A DNA stretch of 64,000 bases. It comes from Felis catus. Lineage: Eukaryota. Where the stretch lies: contig NC_058368.1 in assembly GCF_018350175.1 (NCBI RefSeq), forward strand, positions 4,712,001 to 4,776,000, written 5' to 3'. Numbering within the stretch: the first letter of the stretch is position 1; each line of letters opens with the position of its first letter. Of this stretch, positions 23,401 to 35,165 are shown in pieces. Under the pieces are notes generated by a model. It was given only the letters and a program-made list of their open reading frames with translations, did not search any database and had not been told where the DNA came from. The position numbers and the translations under genes are program-made.

Positions 23401-23834
23401 GAAGTAACCCAAACAGCTTCTCAGGCATAGTTATCACGTTATATTTCTTCTGGAATAAAGAGCTCTGGCTTGAGCCCTGATATCGAGGCTCTTGTCTCGA
23501 GAGCATGGTTGATAAAGAGGGTCTGGAGACATACAGTGTTGTGGGTCTGGTACCACCAGACAAGACCCATTTCAAAGATAGGAATGAGAACTTCGACACT
23601 GAACTGATCAAAAGCACTTCTCTAGGAAGGGAAGACTCATTTGGGAATGAGAACATATGGGAACATAACCGGGAATGTTAACCTTGGGAGCCAAATTTTT
23701 ATGTAGAGAAAGGAGGATATGTTCCCAGTCCATTGTTTTGAGCTATGTATCCCCAGAGGAGAAGAGTTTGTGGATTCATCCAATACCCAGGATAATTTTG
23801 TTGATTATCTAAGGTGGGCTTAAAATTTTGTTTA

Positions 23835-24040
23835 GGGCGCCTGGGTGGCGCAGTCGGTTAAGCGACCGACTTCAGCCAGGTCACGATCTCACAGTCCGTG
23901 AGTTCGAGCCCCGCGTCAGGCTCTGGGCTGATGGCTCGGAGCCTGGAGCCTGTTTCCGATTCTGTGTCTCCCTCTCTCTCTGCCCCTCCCCCGTTCATGC
24001 TCTGTCTCTCTCTGTCCCAAAAATAAATAAAAAAAAAAAA
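23835..24040 (+). mobile_element. Young SINEC_Fc
   Basis: Near-consensus body. Confidence 0.96.
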
Positions 24041-24049
24041 ATTTGTTTA

Positions 24050-24720
24050 ATGATTAATTGCGATGAAATACACATAACGTTTACCATCTTAAACACGTTT
24101 AAGCATACAGCTCTCAGTTGTGATATGTACATTCACATTGTCGTGCAAGCAATCTCCAGAACTCCTTTCATCTTGCAAAAATGAAACTCACTAAGCAACA
24201 ATTCCCCACTCCCCCTCACCCCAGGCCTTGGCAACCGCCATTCGACCTTCTGTCTCTAGGAGTTTGATTGCTGTAGCTACTTTATACGTAAGTGGAATCA
24301 CGCAGTATTTCTTCCTTTGTGACTGGCTTAGTTCTCGTTTCTTCCTATTGTAGCACGTGACAGGACTTCTTTCTCCTTTGGGCTGAAGAATATTCCGCTG
24401 TATGTTTGGCCCATTCATCCACTGACGGACACTTAGCTTGCTTCCATATTTTAGCTATGGTGAATAATGCTACTATTAACATGAGTGTATAGATATTTTT
24501 TCAAGACCCCGCTTTCAAATTCTTTTGGGTAAATACCCAGAAGTAGAATCGCTGGATCATATGGTAATCCTGTTTTTAATTTTTTGAGGAACCTCCATAC
24601 TGTTTTCCATAGCAACCGCGCCATGTTACTTTCCCACCGGCAGTGCACAAGGGCTCCAATTTCTCCACATCTTCGCTGACCCTTGTCATTTTCCGTTTTT
24701 TGGTAATTCGAACGTGTATG
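24050..24720 (-). mobile_element. LINE-1 3' end (L1MB-like), reverse
   Basis: Minus-strand translation [32 protein letters not shown] is the L1 ORF2 C-terminus. Confidence 0.92.
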
Positions 24721-24764
24721 GGGTGGTAAGGTGGCTGCATGATGAGGTTGAAAAGGCTCTCCCA

Positions 24765-24979
24765 GGGGCGCCTGGGTGGCGCAGTCAGTTAAGCGTCTGA
24801 CTTCAGCCAGGTCACGATCTCGCGGTCCGTGAGTTCGAGCCCCGCGTCGGGCTCTGGGCTGATGGCTCGGAGCCTGGAGCCTGTTTCCGATTCTGTGTCT
24901 CCCTCTCTCTCTGCCCCTCCCCCGTTCATGCTCTGTCTCTCTCTGTCCCAAAAATAAATAAACGTTGAAAAAAAAAAAT
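24765..24979 (+). mobile_element. Young SINEC_Fc
   Basis: Perfect TSD ttgaaaaggctctccca. Confidence 0.97.
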
Positions 24980-25014
24980 TTGAAAAGGCTCTCCCAAATG
25001 CGAGCCTTACTTAC

Positions 25015-25037
25015 TTCTTCTGGATGTTCGAAGCATA
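25015..25037 (-). other. Candidate 23-nt micro-exon
   Basis: Minus strand ccctgctttttcag|TATGCTTCGAACATCCAGAAGAA|gtaagt; all three frames open. Confidence 0.4.
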
Positions 25038-25887
25038 CTGAAAAAGCAGGGACCGTAGTAGCAAACATCTGTGCGCCCTCCTTGTAACTTTGTCACATCA
25101 CATGACTTTGCCGTATCCTATTCTACCCTTCCCCACCCCCACCCCCACCCCCGTTTTGAGATATCGCGTGCTGGGAGAGTTGTCAAGTTACCCAGTTCTC
25201 TCCAAAAATGTTCATGTGCTTTTCACGACTATTTGAGCAAGCAGAACTACGCAGGCAGAATCATTAAATGTACCCAAACCTGCATTTTCTGTGCTAACTT
25301 CAGGTTCCCACTACTAGACGCCACGCACTCGCAAAGTCCTCATGATCACACAACCTAGAAATACACAGACGTTTCTATGGCTGAAGTCACAGAACACAAT
25401 AGATACAATGCAATAGTGTTTGTAATAGTGTTTGTGTTATTCTCCGAAATCCTATGTCCTAGGTCTGTTCCAGAATGTCCCTGGAACCTAGGAGTCTGGC
25501 CTACGCTGACCTCCACTATTCGATTGGCACCTCTGAAGAGTGAATCTGTACCACTATAGCAACATCCGGGATGCGGAGAGGCCATCTGAGTGCGACTGGG
25601 GCCATATGTCTCCCCTAAGGCCTGCGTATATACCTCATCAAGAGTGGGGCCCCCAAATGCTGGGAATGTCAGACAGACACGCACATTCCAGAGGGCAGCA
25701 TCCCTGGGCCCAGGAGAGCGTGGTGTGGAAGAGGTCTAATACCTCCAGAGGATGTCAGATTCTCTCAGGGACCCCAGGTGTATGAGTGAGCGATTGGCTA
25801 AGAGAAGAAAACAACACAGCTCCTCATATTTCATCTTTCAAGAAAATAGCTACAACTACTTATTTTTTATATTTCTATTAAAATCTC

Positions 25888-26103
25888 GGGGCGCCTGGGT
25901 GGCTCAGTCGGTTAAGCGTCCAACTTCGGCTCAGGTCACGATCTCACGGTCTGTGAGTTCGAGCCCCGCGTCGGGCTCTGTGCTGACTGCTCAGAGCCTG
26001 GAGCCTGTTTCCGATTCTGTGTCTCCCTCTCTCTCTGACCCTCCCCCGTTCATGCTCTGTCTCTCTCTGTCTCAAAAATAAATAAACATTAAAAAAAAAT
26101 TTT
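25888..26103 (+). mobile_element. SINEC_Fc
   Basis: Canonical; TSD aaatctc. Confidence 0.95.
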
Positions 26104-27392
26104 AAATCTCAATGCAGACAAGAAATCTTCCCTTTTTTTTTTTTTTTTGGCATTTTACTTAAAGCCAATGTTTCTTCAGCCTTCACTGACTGACAAAAAA
26201 TGCTTTTGCGATATCAATGATTATGCATTCTGGCCCATTTCTTACAACCATTAGAAACATTTACTGAGAAGCCATATGCTTGAATTCAGAGTTGTTAATA
26301 ATATCTTTAAGTTTTACATCTAGAACTATAAAATGCCAAAGTGCACCTGAGGGTATCACGGATGTGAGTGTGTCTGGGGGTGGGGAATGGAAGACTGTAA
26401 GGGGTAGAGGGGAGAACTACTTGTGTCAAAAATCCCCCTCAAAAAAAAAGTAAGCACACATTTTTATTAAGGTCCCAATAAATTCATATTGTCAAGTACA
26501 TCTTTCTTTGTCACACATATAAATCAATATTATACAAGCTTCACTGGTTGCCACTTAAACTCACTCGAACTGTGATTCTCAAGTCAGGTTTGTCCTGAGA
26601 GGTTCACGCGTTGTGATTCACGGGGGCCTGAGTGTGCCTCACAGGCCTGTTCTCAGATGGCTGTTAGGTGTATGAAGTAGGTTCTCTTTACTCCACTGCA
26701 ATTTTCCCCAGTGCGAAATTTGGTAGGAACTGCAAAGCTACCCTTGAATATAGGAGTTAAATTTCTCTACGAAAGTTTGCCCAAAGGTTGACTCTAGATT
26801 CTAGAGTCACCTAGGGTGGGAAGTGTGCTTGAAAAAGACAGATACCTGGCTCCCATTCCACATTCAGCGATCAGAAGCTGGGCGGTTGGAGCCCAGGAAG
26901 GTCTCTTTTGATCCTATGCCGGTGGATGTTTGAGATCGAGTGACCCGTGCTCTACTCTTCACTCAACATGGCTGCCATGAGGGGAAAGATGGCGCAGTTT
27001 AGATGCAGTGACTCAGCTCAGCTCCTGTGTGGGTAATTGAGAGACGCGGGGACCCGTACTTAGTCACTTGTCCTTTTAATATTAGCATAGACAGAAATGT
27101 TCCCAGCTCTAGCTCTGGGTGATTCTAGAACTGCCCTTAACTTTTGCCACGCGGCAAGCACAGCATGAATAGCAAGGTTGGTTTTTTTGAGTTTGAGAAG
27201 ACAAATGAAGACGAAGAAAGTGCGAAAAAATTATGGAGAAGTGCACATCTTTACAGAGAAGACCAACCAAGTTAGGAAGATACTTTAGAAGAGCCTAAGT
27301 GAGAGCTGCATAAAGAAAAAACCCAGGTTATGATAGTTAAGAAAGGAGAGACGTACTTAGTATTTAGTTTGTGCTAGAAGCTGGCTTTATTT

Positions 27393-27426
27393 TTTTTATT
27401 TTTATTTTTAAAGTTTATATATTTAT

Positions 27427-27482
<56 letters not shown>

Positions 27483-27610
27483 GGAGAGAGAATCCCAAGC
27501 AGGTTCTGCACTGTCAGTGCCTGATGTGGGGCTCAAACTCACACAAGCCGTGAGATCATGACCTGAGCCAAAAATCAAGATGCTTACCCGACTGAGCCAC
27601 CCAGTCTCCC
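27393..27610 (-). mobile_element. Can-SINE with (GA)25 expansion at 27430-27479
   Basis: Reverse SINE body and long GA tract. Confidence 0.92.
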
Positions 27611-28219
27611 TAAGCTAGTTTTATTTTTAACTCTTGGGTTAACTGGAATATTAAAGTGCTTATAAGCAGAAAATAGGACTTCTTCGCGGTTGCCAAACTT
27701 TAGACTGTATAAAATTCCGACTTAAAATTCAAATCCCGAGTCCTAGAGTTCCCTAAAGTTTATGAGGGCAGGAAAAGACCCAGGAAGCTGTGTTTTTAAC
27801 AAGCATCCTGGCTGATTCATACAGTTCTGTGAGAAAGTGTTCGAAGTATGATTAGCACAGCCTGGCTTTTTCCTTATGTATTTGTCCTTCATTTTAATGT
27901 TAGAATCTTGATTCTCTGCTCTGAAAGCAGCCAGGCTTTTCTTAAAATTGTAACATTACAAAACATTCAAAGTGCTTAAAACAAACCTGCTTAGCAGTTT
28001 TCTCAAAGCCAAAGATTTCACTTCTTGTGCGTGGTTCTGTCTTTTCCCACAACTGCTCCGTTTAGCAGCAAAGAGACAAGTCAGTGAGACGTCAGAGGAG
28101 CGTCTGGGCCAGACCTTCTGGCTGTTCTTTGGGATATATCTGAAATGTGCCTGAACTTTGCATTTTTGTCGGAGCCACTTAGTAGACCGTTGTATCCCAG
28201 GGTCCGTCTCAACTTTCAG

Positions 28220-28332
28220 GTGGTCATTTACCTCCAGAAAATCTGGATCACTAACTACGGGGTCTCTTCTAGAAGCTGGCAAATTGCTGAAGAGTATTGG
28301 CATTCCTAACGGCACAGAACAGTGAGATGCTG
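28220..28332 (+). other. Candidate exon ending ATG-CTG|GTGAGT (5' boundary uncertain)
   Basis: Possible acceptor aactttcag at 28219; all frames closed before ATG 28327; consensus donor. Confidence 0.3.
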
Positions 28333-28690
28333 GTGAGTGGAAAGTGAATTTCCTCATTTCCTGACTTTTTATTCAATTCAGGAAGAATGACCAGCTTGAG
28401 TGAACCCAAAGATGATTATTTTCACCCTTTATATAATAGATTTGAAAAAAATCAGGCTCAGTCACAAAGAGAAACAGCAGATTCCATTGGTGTTTCTCAG
28501 TGAGGCTGACCTTTTAACCCCATGAAATATAGGGCTTTTTTTGTTGGTTTTGGGTTTTTAGGGTCTGGTGGGAAGATGGATGGATTGTTTATTGCTTTGG
28601 AGAGTAATGCAAGTAAAATGTGACCTTGCTAAAAAAAATGTGGTCACTTACTGTTTTAGCAGGATGCTCTAGAAAAAGAAGATAAATTAC

Positions 28691-28721
28691 CTGAATCTGC
28701 AATTGTGCTCTCAGAGTCTAT
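28691..28721 (-). other. Candidate 31-nt exon (IDSESTIADS)
   Basis: Minus strand branch CACTAAC, ccatttcctttcag acceptor, CAG|gtaatt donor; only one frame open. Confidence 0.4.
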
Positions 28722-28826
28722 CTGAAAGGAAATGGTCATCTTTATTGTTAGTGAGCCGATACCACACGCTTAAAAATTCAACTTAATGTCAGCACTCCAA
28801 GCTTACTCAAGCAGTCTTTTCGTTCT

Positions 28827-29048
28827 TTTTTTAATTTAATTTTTTTTTTAATATTTATTAATTTTTGAAAGAGAGACAGGGCGTGAGCAGGGGAGGGGCA
28901 GAGAGAGAGGGAGACACAGAATCCGAGGCAGGCTCCAGGTGCTGAGCTGTCAGCACAGAGCCCGATGTGGGGCTCGAACCCACAAACCGGGAGATCATGA
29001 CCTGAGCCGAAGTCAGATGCTCAACCGACTGAGCCACCCAGGCGCCCC
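28827..29048 (-). mobile_element. SINEC_Fc
   Basis: Reverse canonical copy with degenerate TSD. Confidence 0.95.
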
Positions 29049-29403
29049 TGAAGCAATCATTTTGTTCTTACTAGCTTTTTCAGTAAGCCCACATAGGAGA
29101 GTTTATGGAGTATAAAAACTCCACATAAAAACACCTCAATATGGTTACTAAAAATGGCTGCTTCTTTATAAACTACAACTAAAACATGTAGACCCATTAG
29201 GCTTCCAAACATGTGGCATTTCGAAGGGGAATAACTAGTATATTAATAGAACAATACGTATTCAGGAGTCAGAGGTCAACAGAGAACATTCTCTGGTGTA
29301 GAGTTTTTCTACATTTTGCTCTATTAGCCTATTTCTAACAGATTCTATGGTTGGGCTCTGTAATTAATTACCTTTGAATAATCTTAATACTTAAATTATT
29401 CTT

Positions 29404-29642
29404 GGGGATGCCTGGGTGGCTCAGTCAGTTAGGCGTCCAACTCTTGGTTTCGGCTCAGGTCATGATCTCATGGTGCGTAGGTTCAAGCCCCACGTTGGGC
29501 TGTGCACCAGCAGTGTTGAGCCTTCTGGGGATTCTCCGTCTCTTCCTCTCTCTTTCTGCCCCTTCCCCACTTGTGTGCTCTCTCTCTCTCTCTCTCTCTC
29601 TCAAAAATAAATAAACATTTTTTAAAAATAAAAATAAAAAAT
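29404..29642 (+). mobile_element. Can-SINE
   Basis: Head ggggatgcctgggtggctcag, CT tract, A-tail. Confidence 0.93.
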
Positions 29643-29878
29643 AAATTACTCTCATAAATTCTATCACTCTTAATAGCTTCCCGTTGTACTTCATTATCAC
29701 GACTGTTTTCAAAACTCTGTTTCTTACTGACACCTATTTGGAAATGTAAACCATTATCTTTTCTTATTATTCAGGTAATACCAATTATAACCGTTTAGTG
29801 ACTATACGCAGCAGCAAGGAAGTAATAAAAGCCTACTAGGGGTGTGAAAAATAAGTGCAATAAATATCTAATGCTTTT

Positions 29879-30021
29879 GTCTTTAATGCTATCGTTTCAT
29901 TTTGTTTTGAATGCTATTATTTATTTATTTAAGTAAGCTCTACACCCAACGTGGGGCTTTTGAACTCATGACCCTGGGGTCAAGAGTCACCTGCTCTACC
30001 AACTGAGCCAGGCAGGCACCC
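29879..30021 (-). mobile_element. Older short Can-SINE (no CT tract)
   Basis: ctctacacccaacgtggggct...ctgagccaggcaggcaccc; TSD tatctaatgctttt. Confidence 0.85.
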
Positions 30022-30188
30022 AAGTATCTAATGCTTTTAACTGATCCCAGAAGCACTAAGCATCCCCTTCCTAAAATTGCTGTCCTCAGAGAACTGTCAG
30101 GATGCCTGAAAATATCATATGGCTATGATTCCTTCTGGGAGTGAAGGTACGATCTCTAAAAAGCCCCTTAAAAAGGTCAGTATTGGAT

Positions 30189-30402
30189 GGGGCTCCTCGG
30201 TGGCTCAGTCGGTTGAGCGTCCGACTTCGGCCCAGGTCATGATTTTGCAGTCCGTGAGTTCAAGCCCCGCATCGGGCTCTGTGCTGACAGCTCAGGGTCT
30301 GGAGCCTACTTCAGACTCTGTGTCTCCCTCTCTCTCTGTCCCTCCCCTGCTCCCGCTCTGTCCTTCTCTCTCAAAAATAAATAAACATTAAAAAAAAAAA
30401 AA
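30189..30402 (+). mobile_element. SINEC_Fc (first of a tandem pair)
   Basis: Canonical body. Confidence 0.94.
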
Positions 30403-30432
30403 AGAAGAGATTGAAAAGAGTAAGGGGGGGGG

Positions 30433-30644
30433 GGGGCGCCTGGGTGGCTCAGTCGGTTAAGCCTCTGACTTCAGCTCAAGTCATGATCTCACCGTTTGTG
30501 GGTTTGAGCCCCATGTTGGGCTCTGTGCTGACAGCTCGGAGCCTGGAATCTGCTTTGGATTCTGTGTCTCCCTCTCTCTCTGCCCCTCCCCTGCTTGTGC
30601 TTGCTCATTTGCTCTCTCTCTCAAAAATAAAGAATAAAAGAAAT

Positions 30645-30645
<1 letters not shown>
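30433..30645 (+). mobile_element. SINEC_Fc (second of a tandem pair)
   Basis: Head preceded by a G13 run. Confidence 0.94.

Positions 30646-30725
<80 letters not shown>
30646..30725 (+). repeat. (GAAA)20 tetranucleotide STR
   Basis: Direct reading. Confidence 0.97.
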
Positions 30726-30727
<2 letters not shown>

Positions 30728-31780
30728 GGTCAGTATTGGAGAAGCACTTCCAGAATGGTGGAGTAAGGCCTTCCAAAAACCTCCACAAAGAAAATGAGAA
30801 ATTGGCAAAATTTGTGAAAAACAAGTTTTTCAGAACTCTATAAACTAATCAAAGCATTGCAACGGTTCGTGCAGTATTTCCTCAAGGACTATGACTGAGT
30901 CTCAGTAAGAACAGTGAGCTTTGTGACATTTCAACCTGCCCCGTTCCTGTTCACTGCTCTTCCCAGCGCCACAGTAGCCTTGGAAAACAACAGGTTTATA
31001 CATTGATACATGTGAAAAACAGCAACCTAGCAGCCACAAGAAGGGGCAGAATGAGTCTGAAGCCCCCCTGAAGCCCCCCTCAAGACAACTGGCATTTTCC
31101 AGGCTGTCTGGAATCTCTCTGAAAACCGGCACTCTCAAGACCTGTCTCTATTCGACCTGATTTAGAGTAAGTTCTGTGCAAAGAGCTGTATCCCTAGGGC
31201 ATCTGTAAACACAGTCAGGGGCAACTGTTTGCCATTACAGCCGCGTGTGGTAGCGATACCAGTTAAGACTAACAAGATGCCGAACAAAAAACGTAAAAGG
31301 AGATGCTGGGGAATGAGATGTCTTCGGGGGCCTTTGTAAAGCTGTGACCTATTACTGAGAATCCAGAAGGCCACATGCACGTGCAGGGTGGTGGGTACGT
31401 CTAGGCAAGAGCTCAGAAGGCTTAATCGCTCACCTCTGGCTGACACTGAGGCCGCATACGAGCAGGGAGAGAAAGCGAAGGCAGAGATGGAAACGGAGTA
31501 CGGCAGGTGTGGCCCAACACACACAGAGGGCCTTACGAAAGCCTGGGGGACTTATTATTTCACCGCGTTTGAGGACATATCTCTCCAACCATTTGGCAAC
31601 CGCTAGCTAACCGAGCAGAGACTTCCGTAGGTGCAAGTGACAAAGAATGCATAGTTTGTGGAATTAATTCGGGAAAGTCACTAAACAAGCACATAGCAAG
31701 AACAGCAACAATAACGAATCCCAAGGAGAAGAAAATCTGGATACTTCGTATTTATTTATTTATTTTTCTGGATACTTAAT

Positions 31781-32004
31781 TTTTTTTTTTTAATTTTTTT
31801 TTCAACGTTTATTTATTTTTCGGACAGAGAGAGACAGAGCATGAACAGGGGAGGGGCAGAGAGAGAGGGAGACACAGAATCAGAAACAGCCTCCAGGCTC
31901 TGAGCCATCAGCCCAGAGCCCGACGCGGGGCTCGAACTCACGGACCGCGAGATCGTGACCTGGCTGAAGTCGGACGCTTAACCGACTGCGCCACCCAGGC
32001 GCCC
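31781..32004 (-). mobile_element. Young SINEC_Fc
   Basis: TSD ggatacttaat. Confidence 0.96.
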
Positions 32005-32235
32005 AGGATACTTAATATTTAAAACATCTAGTTTCCATAAAAAAATTTGTGAGACAATTATATATTATTATTATTATTATTATTATTATTCCATGCACCG
32101 GAAAAAAGTAACTAATATAGAACCATCCTAAAGGAAGTCCAGATGTTGGATTTACTAAACAAGGACCTTAAATCATCTTTTAAAAATATGTTCAAATCAC
32201 TAAAGGAAACCATACCTAAAGAATTAAAACAAAGT

Positions 32236-32364
32236 GGGGTGCCTGGGTGGCTCAGGTCATTAAATGTCTGACTCTTGACTTCAGCTCAGGTCATGATATC
32301 ACATTTGTGAGACTGAGCCCCACGTCAGGCTCAGGACGGGCACAAAGTGCAGAGCCTGCTTGAG

Positions 32365-32404
<40 letters not shown>

Positions 32405-32418
32405 CTTCCCCCACTCAT

Positions 32419-32467
<49 letters not shown>

Positions 32468-32490
32468 AATAAATAAACTTAAAAATGTTT
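32236..32490 (+). mobile_element. Can-SINE with two long (CT)n tracts
   Basis: Head ggggtgcctgggtggctcag; TSD ttaaaa.aaagt. Confidence 0.92.
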
Positions 32491-32925
32491 AAAAGAAAGT
32501 AAGAAAATGATGTCTCATCAGGTACAGAATATCAATAATGAGACAGAAACTATTAAAAAGAACCAAATATAAATTTGGGTTGAAAAGTGTATACTGAAAC
32601 GAAAAATTCACTACAGGGGCTCCATAGCAGATTTGAACTGGCAGAAGAAAGAGGGAATTTGGATACCGGCCAATCAATTGGGATTATCCAGCCTGGTGAA
32701 CAGAAAGAGAACAGCATGAAGAGAAATAAACAAAGCTTTAGAAACCTGTGTGACACCATTAGGGGTAGCAACATACACACCATGGTAGTCCCAGAAGGAA
32801 GGCAGAGTCAGTGAAAGGGCCAGGAAGAATATTTGAAGAAATAATGGCCAAAAACTTCCCAAACTTTTGAAAACACTATTTTACATATACATGCTCAATG
32901 AACTCTCAGTAGGATAAACTCAAAG

Positions 32926-32996
32926 ATATCTATATCTATGTATATGTATATGTATATGTATCTCTATCTCTATCTCTATCTCTATCTCTATCTCTC
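32926..32996. repeat. Compound (TATATG)n/(TCTCTA)n microsatellite
   Basis: Direct reading. Confidence 0.85.
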
Positions 32997-33584
32997 GACA
33001 AATCAGTGGATGACATATTCAGACTGTTGAAAGAAAAAGATTACCAATCAAGAACTTTACAGCCACTGCCACTATCTTTGAAAACAAAAACAAAAAGAAA
33101 AAACAAAGACAAACTGAAGATAATCAGAGATAAACAAAAAAAAATGAAAGAACTCATCGCTAGCATACCTACCCTACCAGAAAAACTAAACGCAGTCACT
33201 CAGATTAAACTGAGAGGAAAGTAGAGAGTAACTTAGTTCCATCAGAGAAATAAAGGGCCCTGGTAAAAGATAACTATGGAGGTAAATGTGAAAGGTACTA
33301 TGAATATATTTTTGCTCGTAACTATTTTATTTTGCTATCTGATTTAAAAGACAACTGCATAAGGCAAGAATTATAAAACTGTGTTGATGAGTTCAGAATG
33401 TCTAAAGATGTAAGTTGTATGACATTAATGAAGGAGGGAGGTGAACAGAGCTAAAATGGAGCAAAGTTTTTGTATACTGTTATAATTAAGGCCATATTAA
33501 TTCGTCAGATTTTGTTAAGATGTTAATTATAATTACTAGGGAAAATACTATGAAAATAACTTTTTAAAAAATACAGTAAAATCA

Positions 33585-33808
33585 GGGCGCCTAGGTGGCT
33601 CAGTCGGTTAAGCGTCCGACTTCAGCTCAGGTCACGATCTCGCGGTCCGCGAGTTCGAGCCCCGCGTCGGGCTCTGGGCTGATGGCTCAGAGCCTGGAGC
33701 CTGCTTCTGATTCTGTGTCTCCCTCTCTCTCTGGCCCTCCCCCGTTCATGCTGTGTCTCCGTCTGTCTCAAAAATAAATAAACGTTAAACAAAAATTTTT
33801 TTTAAATA
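33585..33808 (+). mobile_element. SINEC_Fc
   Basis: TSD tacagtaaaat. Confidence 0.95.
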
Positions 33809-34942
33809 AAAGTACAGTAAAATAAATAATAAGGGAACTTAAGTGGTATTAGAGAATATCTATTTGACACACACACAAAAGGCAGTAATGAAGAAACAGA
33901 AGAATAAATAAGACATAAGACACATAGAAAAGAAATACCAAAGTGGCAGGTGTAAATCCTACCTAAGTAGTGATTACATTAACTATAAATGCACTTCAAT
34001 CAAAAGGTAGAGATTGGCAATATGGATTTCCAAAAAAGAAAACACATGACTCAACTACCATGAAAACACATGATGCATAATGCCATCTCCAAGAGACACG
34101 TTTTAGATTCAAAGATCCAAAATAAATTGAAAATTGAAGGACGGAAAGAGATACCCTATGCAAAGAGTATCCAAAAGAGAGCTGGCGGAGGTAAAGTAAT
34201 ATTAGACGAGATAATCTTGAAGATAAAAATTGTTACTAGAGATTAAAAATTGTAAAGGGTCGCACCATCAGAGAACATAATAATTATAAATATATGCACC
34301 TAATGATAAACCCTTAAATTACATGAAGGGAAAACTCAGAGAAGTGAAGGGAGAAGTAGACAATTAAACTCTAACAGTTGGAAACTTCATTATCCTGTTA
34401 TGAATAATGGATAGAATAACTAGACAGAAGATCCACAAGGAAATAGAAGATTTAAATGACGTTATAAGCCAATCAGACCTAACAGACACCCATAAAACAC
34501 TCAACAGTTGCAGGATGTACATTTTCTCAATGTCCATGAAATATTCTTCAGGAGAGACCATATGCCAGGCCACAAAACAATCAAAAAGTTAAAAAGGAGT
34601 ACAATCATACAAAATGACTGACTACAGTGAAATGAAATTAGAAATCAGTAACAAAAAAAAATTGGGGAAATTTACAAAGATGTGGAAATTTTAATAATAC
34701 ATTCCTGAATAACCAATGATCAAAGAAGAAACCACAAGAAAAAATAGAAAGCACTTTGAGATAAACCAAATGAAGACAAAAAAGATTAAAAAGACTAAAA
34801 ACGATGCAAGACCATATAGGGACATAGAAATATATACAACTGGGTGGGGATCTGATTGATGTCATAAGAATTAGAGTGGCCAGGTTTAGGAAAAAAATAA
34901 AGGATATCAAGTTAAATTTGAGATAAAAAAACAAATACTCTT

Positions 34943-35112
34943 GGGGGCCCCAGGTGGTTCAGTTGGTTAAGCGTCCAACTCTTGATTTCGGCTCAGGTCA
35001 TGATCTCATGGTAGTGAGAGCCCTGTGTCGAACTCTGTCCTGGGCACTGGGTGTGGAGCCTGCTTGACATTCTCTCGCTCTCCGTCTTCCCAACTTGAGC
35101 TCTGTTGCTCTC

Positions 35113-35113
<1 letters not shown>
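34943..35113 (+). mobile_element. Can-SINE
   Basis: Degenerate head and body; tail replaced by CA repeat. Confidence 0.88.

Positions 35114-35163
<50 letters not shown>
35114..35163 (+). repeat. (AC)25 microsatellite
   Basis: Direct reading. Confidence 0.97.

Positions 35164-35165
<2 letters not shown>

Larger units (their letters stand above)
30743..34800 (+). mobile_element. Ancient LINE-1 5' half: 5' UTR, ORF1 remnant, spacer, ORF2 endonuclease remnant
   Basis: KNSLQGLHSRFELAEER...QSFRNLCDTIRGSNIH is ORF1p-like; MDRITRQKIHKEIEDLNDVISQSDLTD is ORF2 EN-like; many stops. Confidence 0.85.

Noticed and set aside
23400..23820. Unique island with a 58-codon plus ORF (MVDKEGLETY...) and a 98-aa minus ORF
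   Set aside because: No recognisable homology or convincing paired splice sites; cannot support a gene or pseudogene call
28652..28668. 17-nt minus-strand exon-like unit with strong splice signals
   Set aside because: Only 22 nt from the 28691 candidate's donor, too short for an intron; shows such signals can occur by chance, unless the two are mutually exclusive
30411..30824. KKER / FFLS repeat ORFs
   Set aside because: Translations of the (GAAA)20 STR
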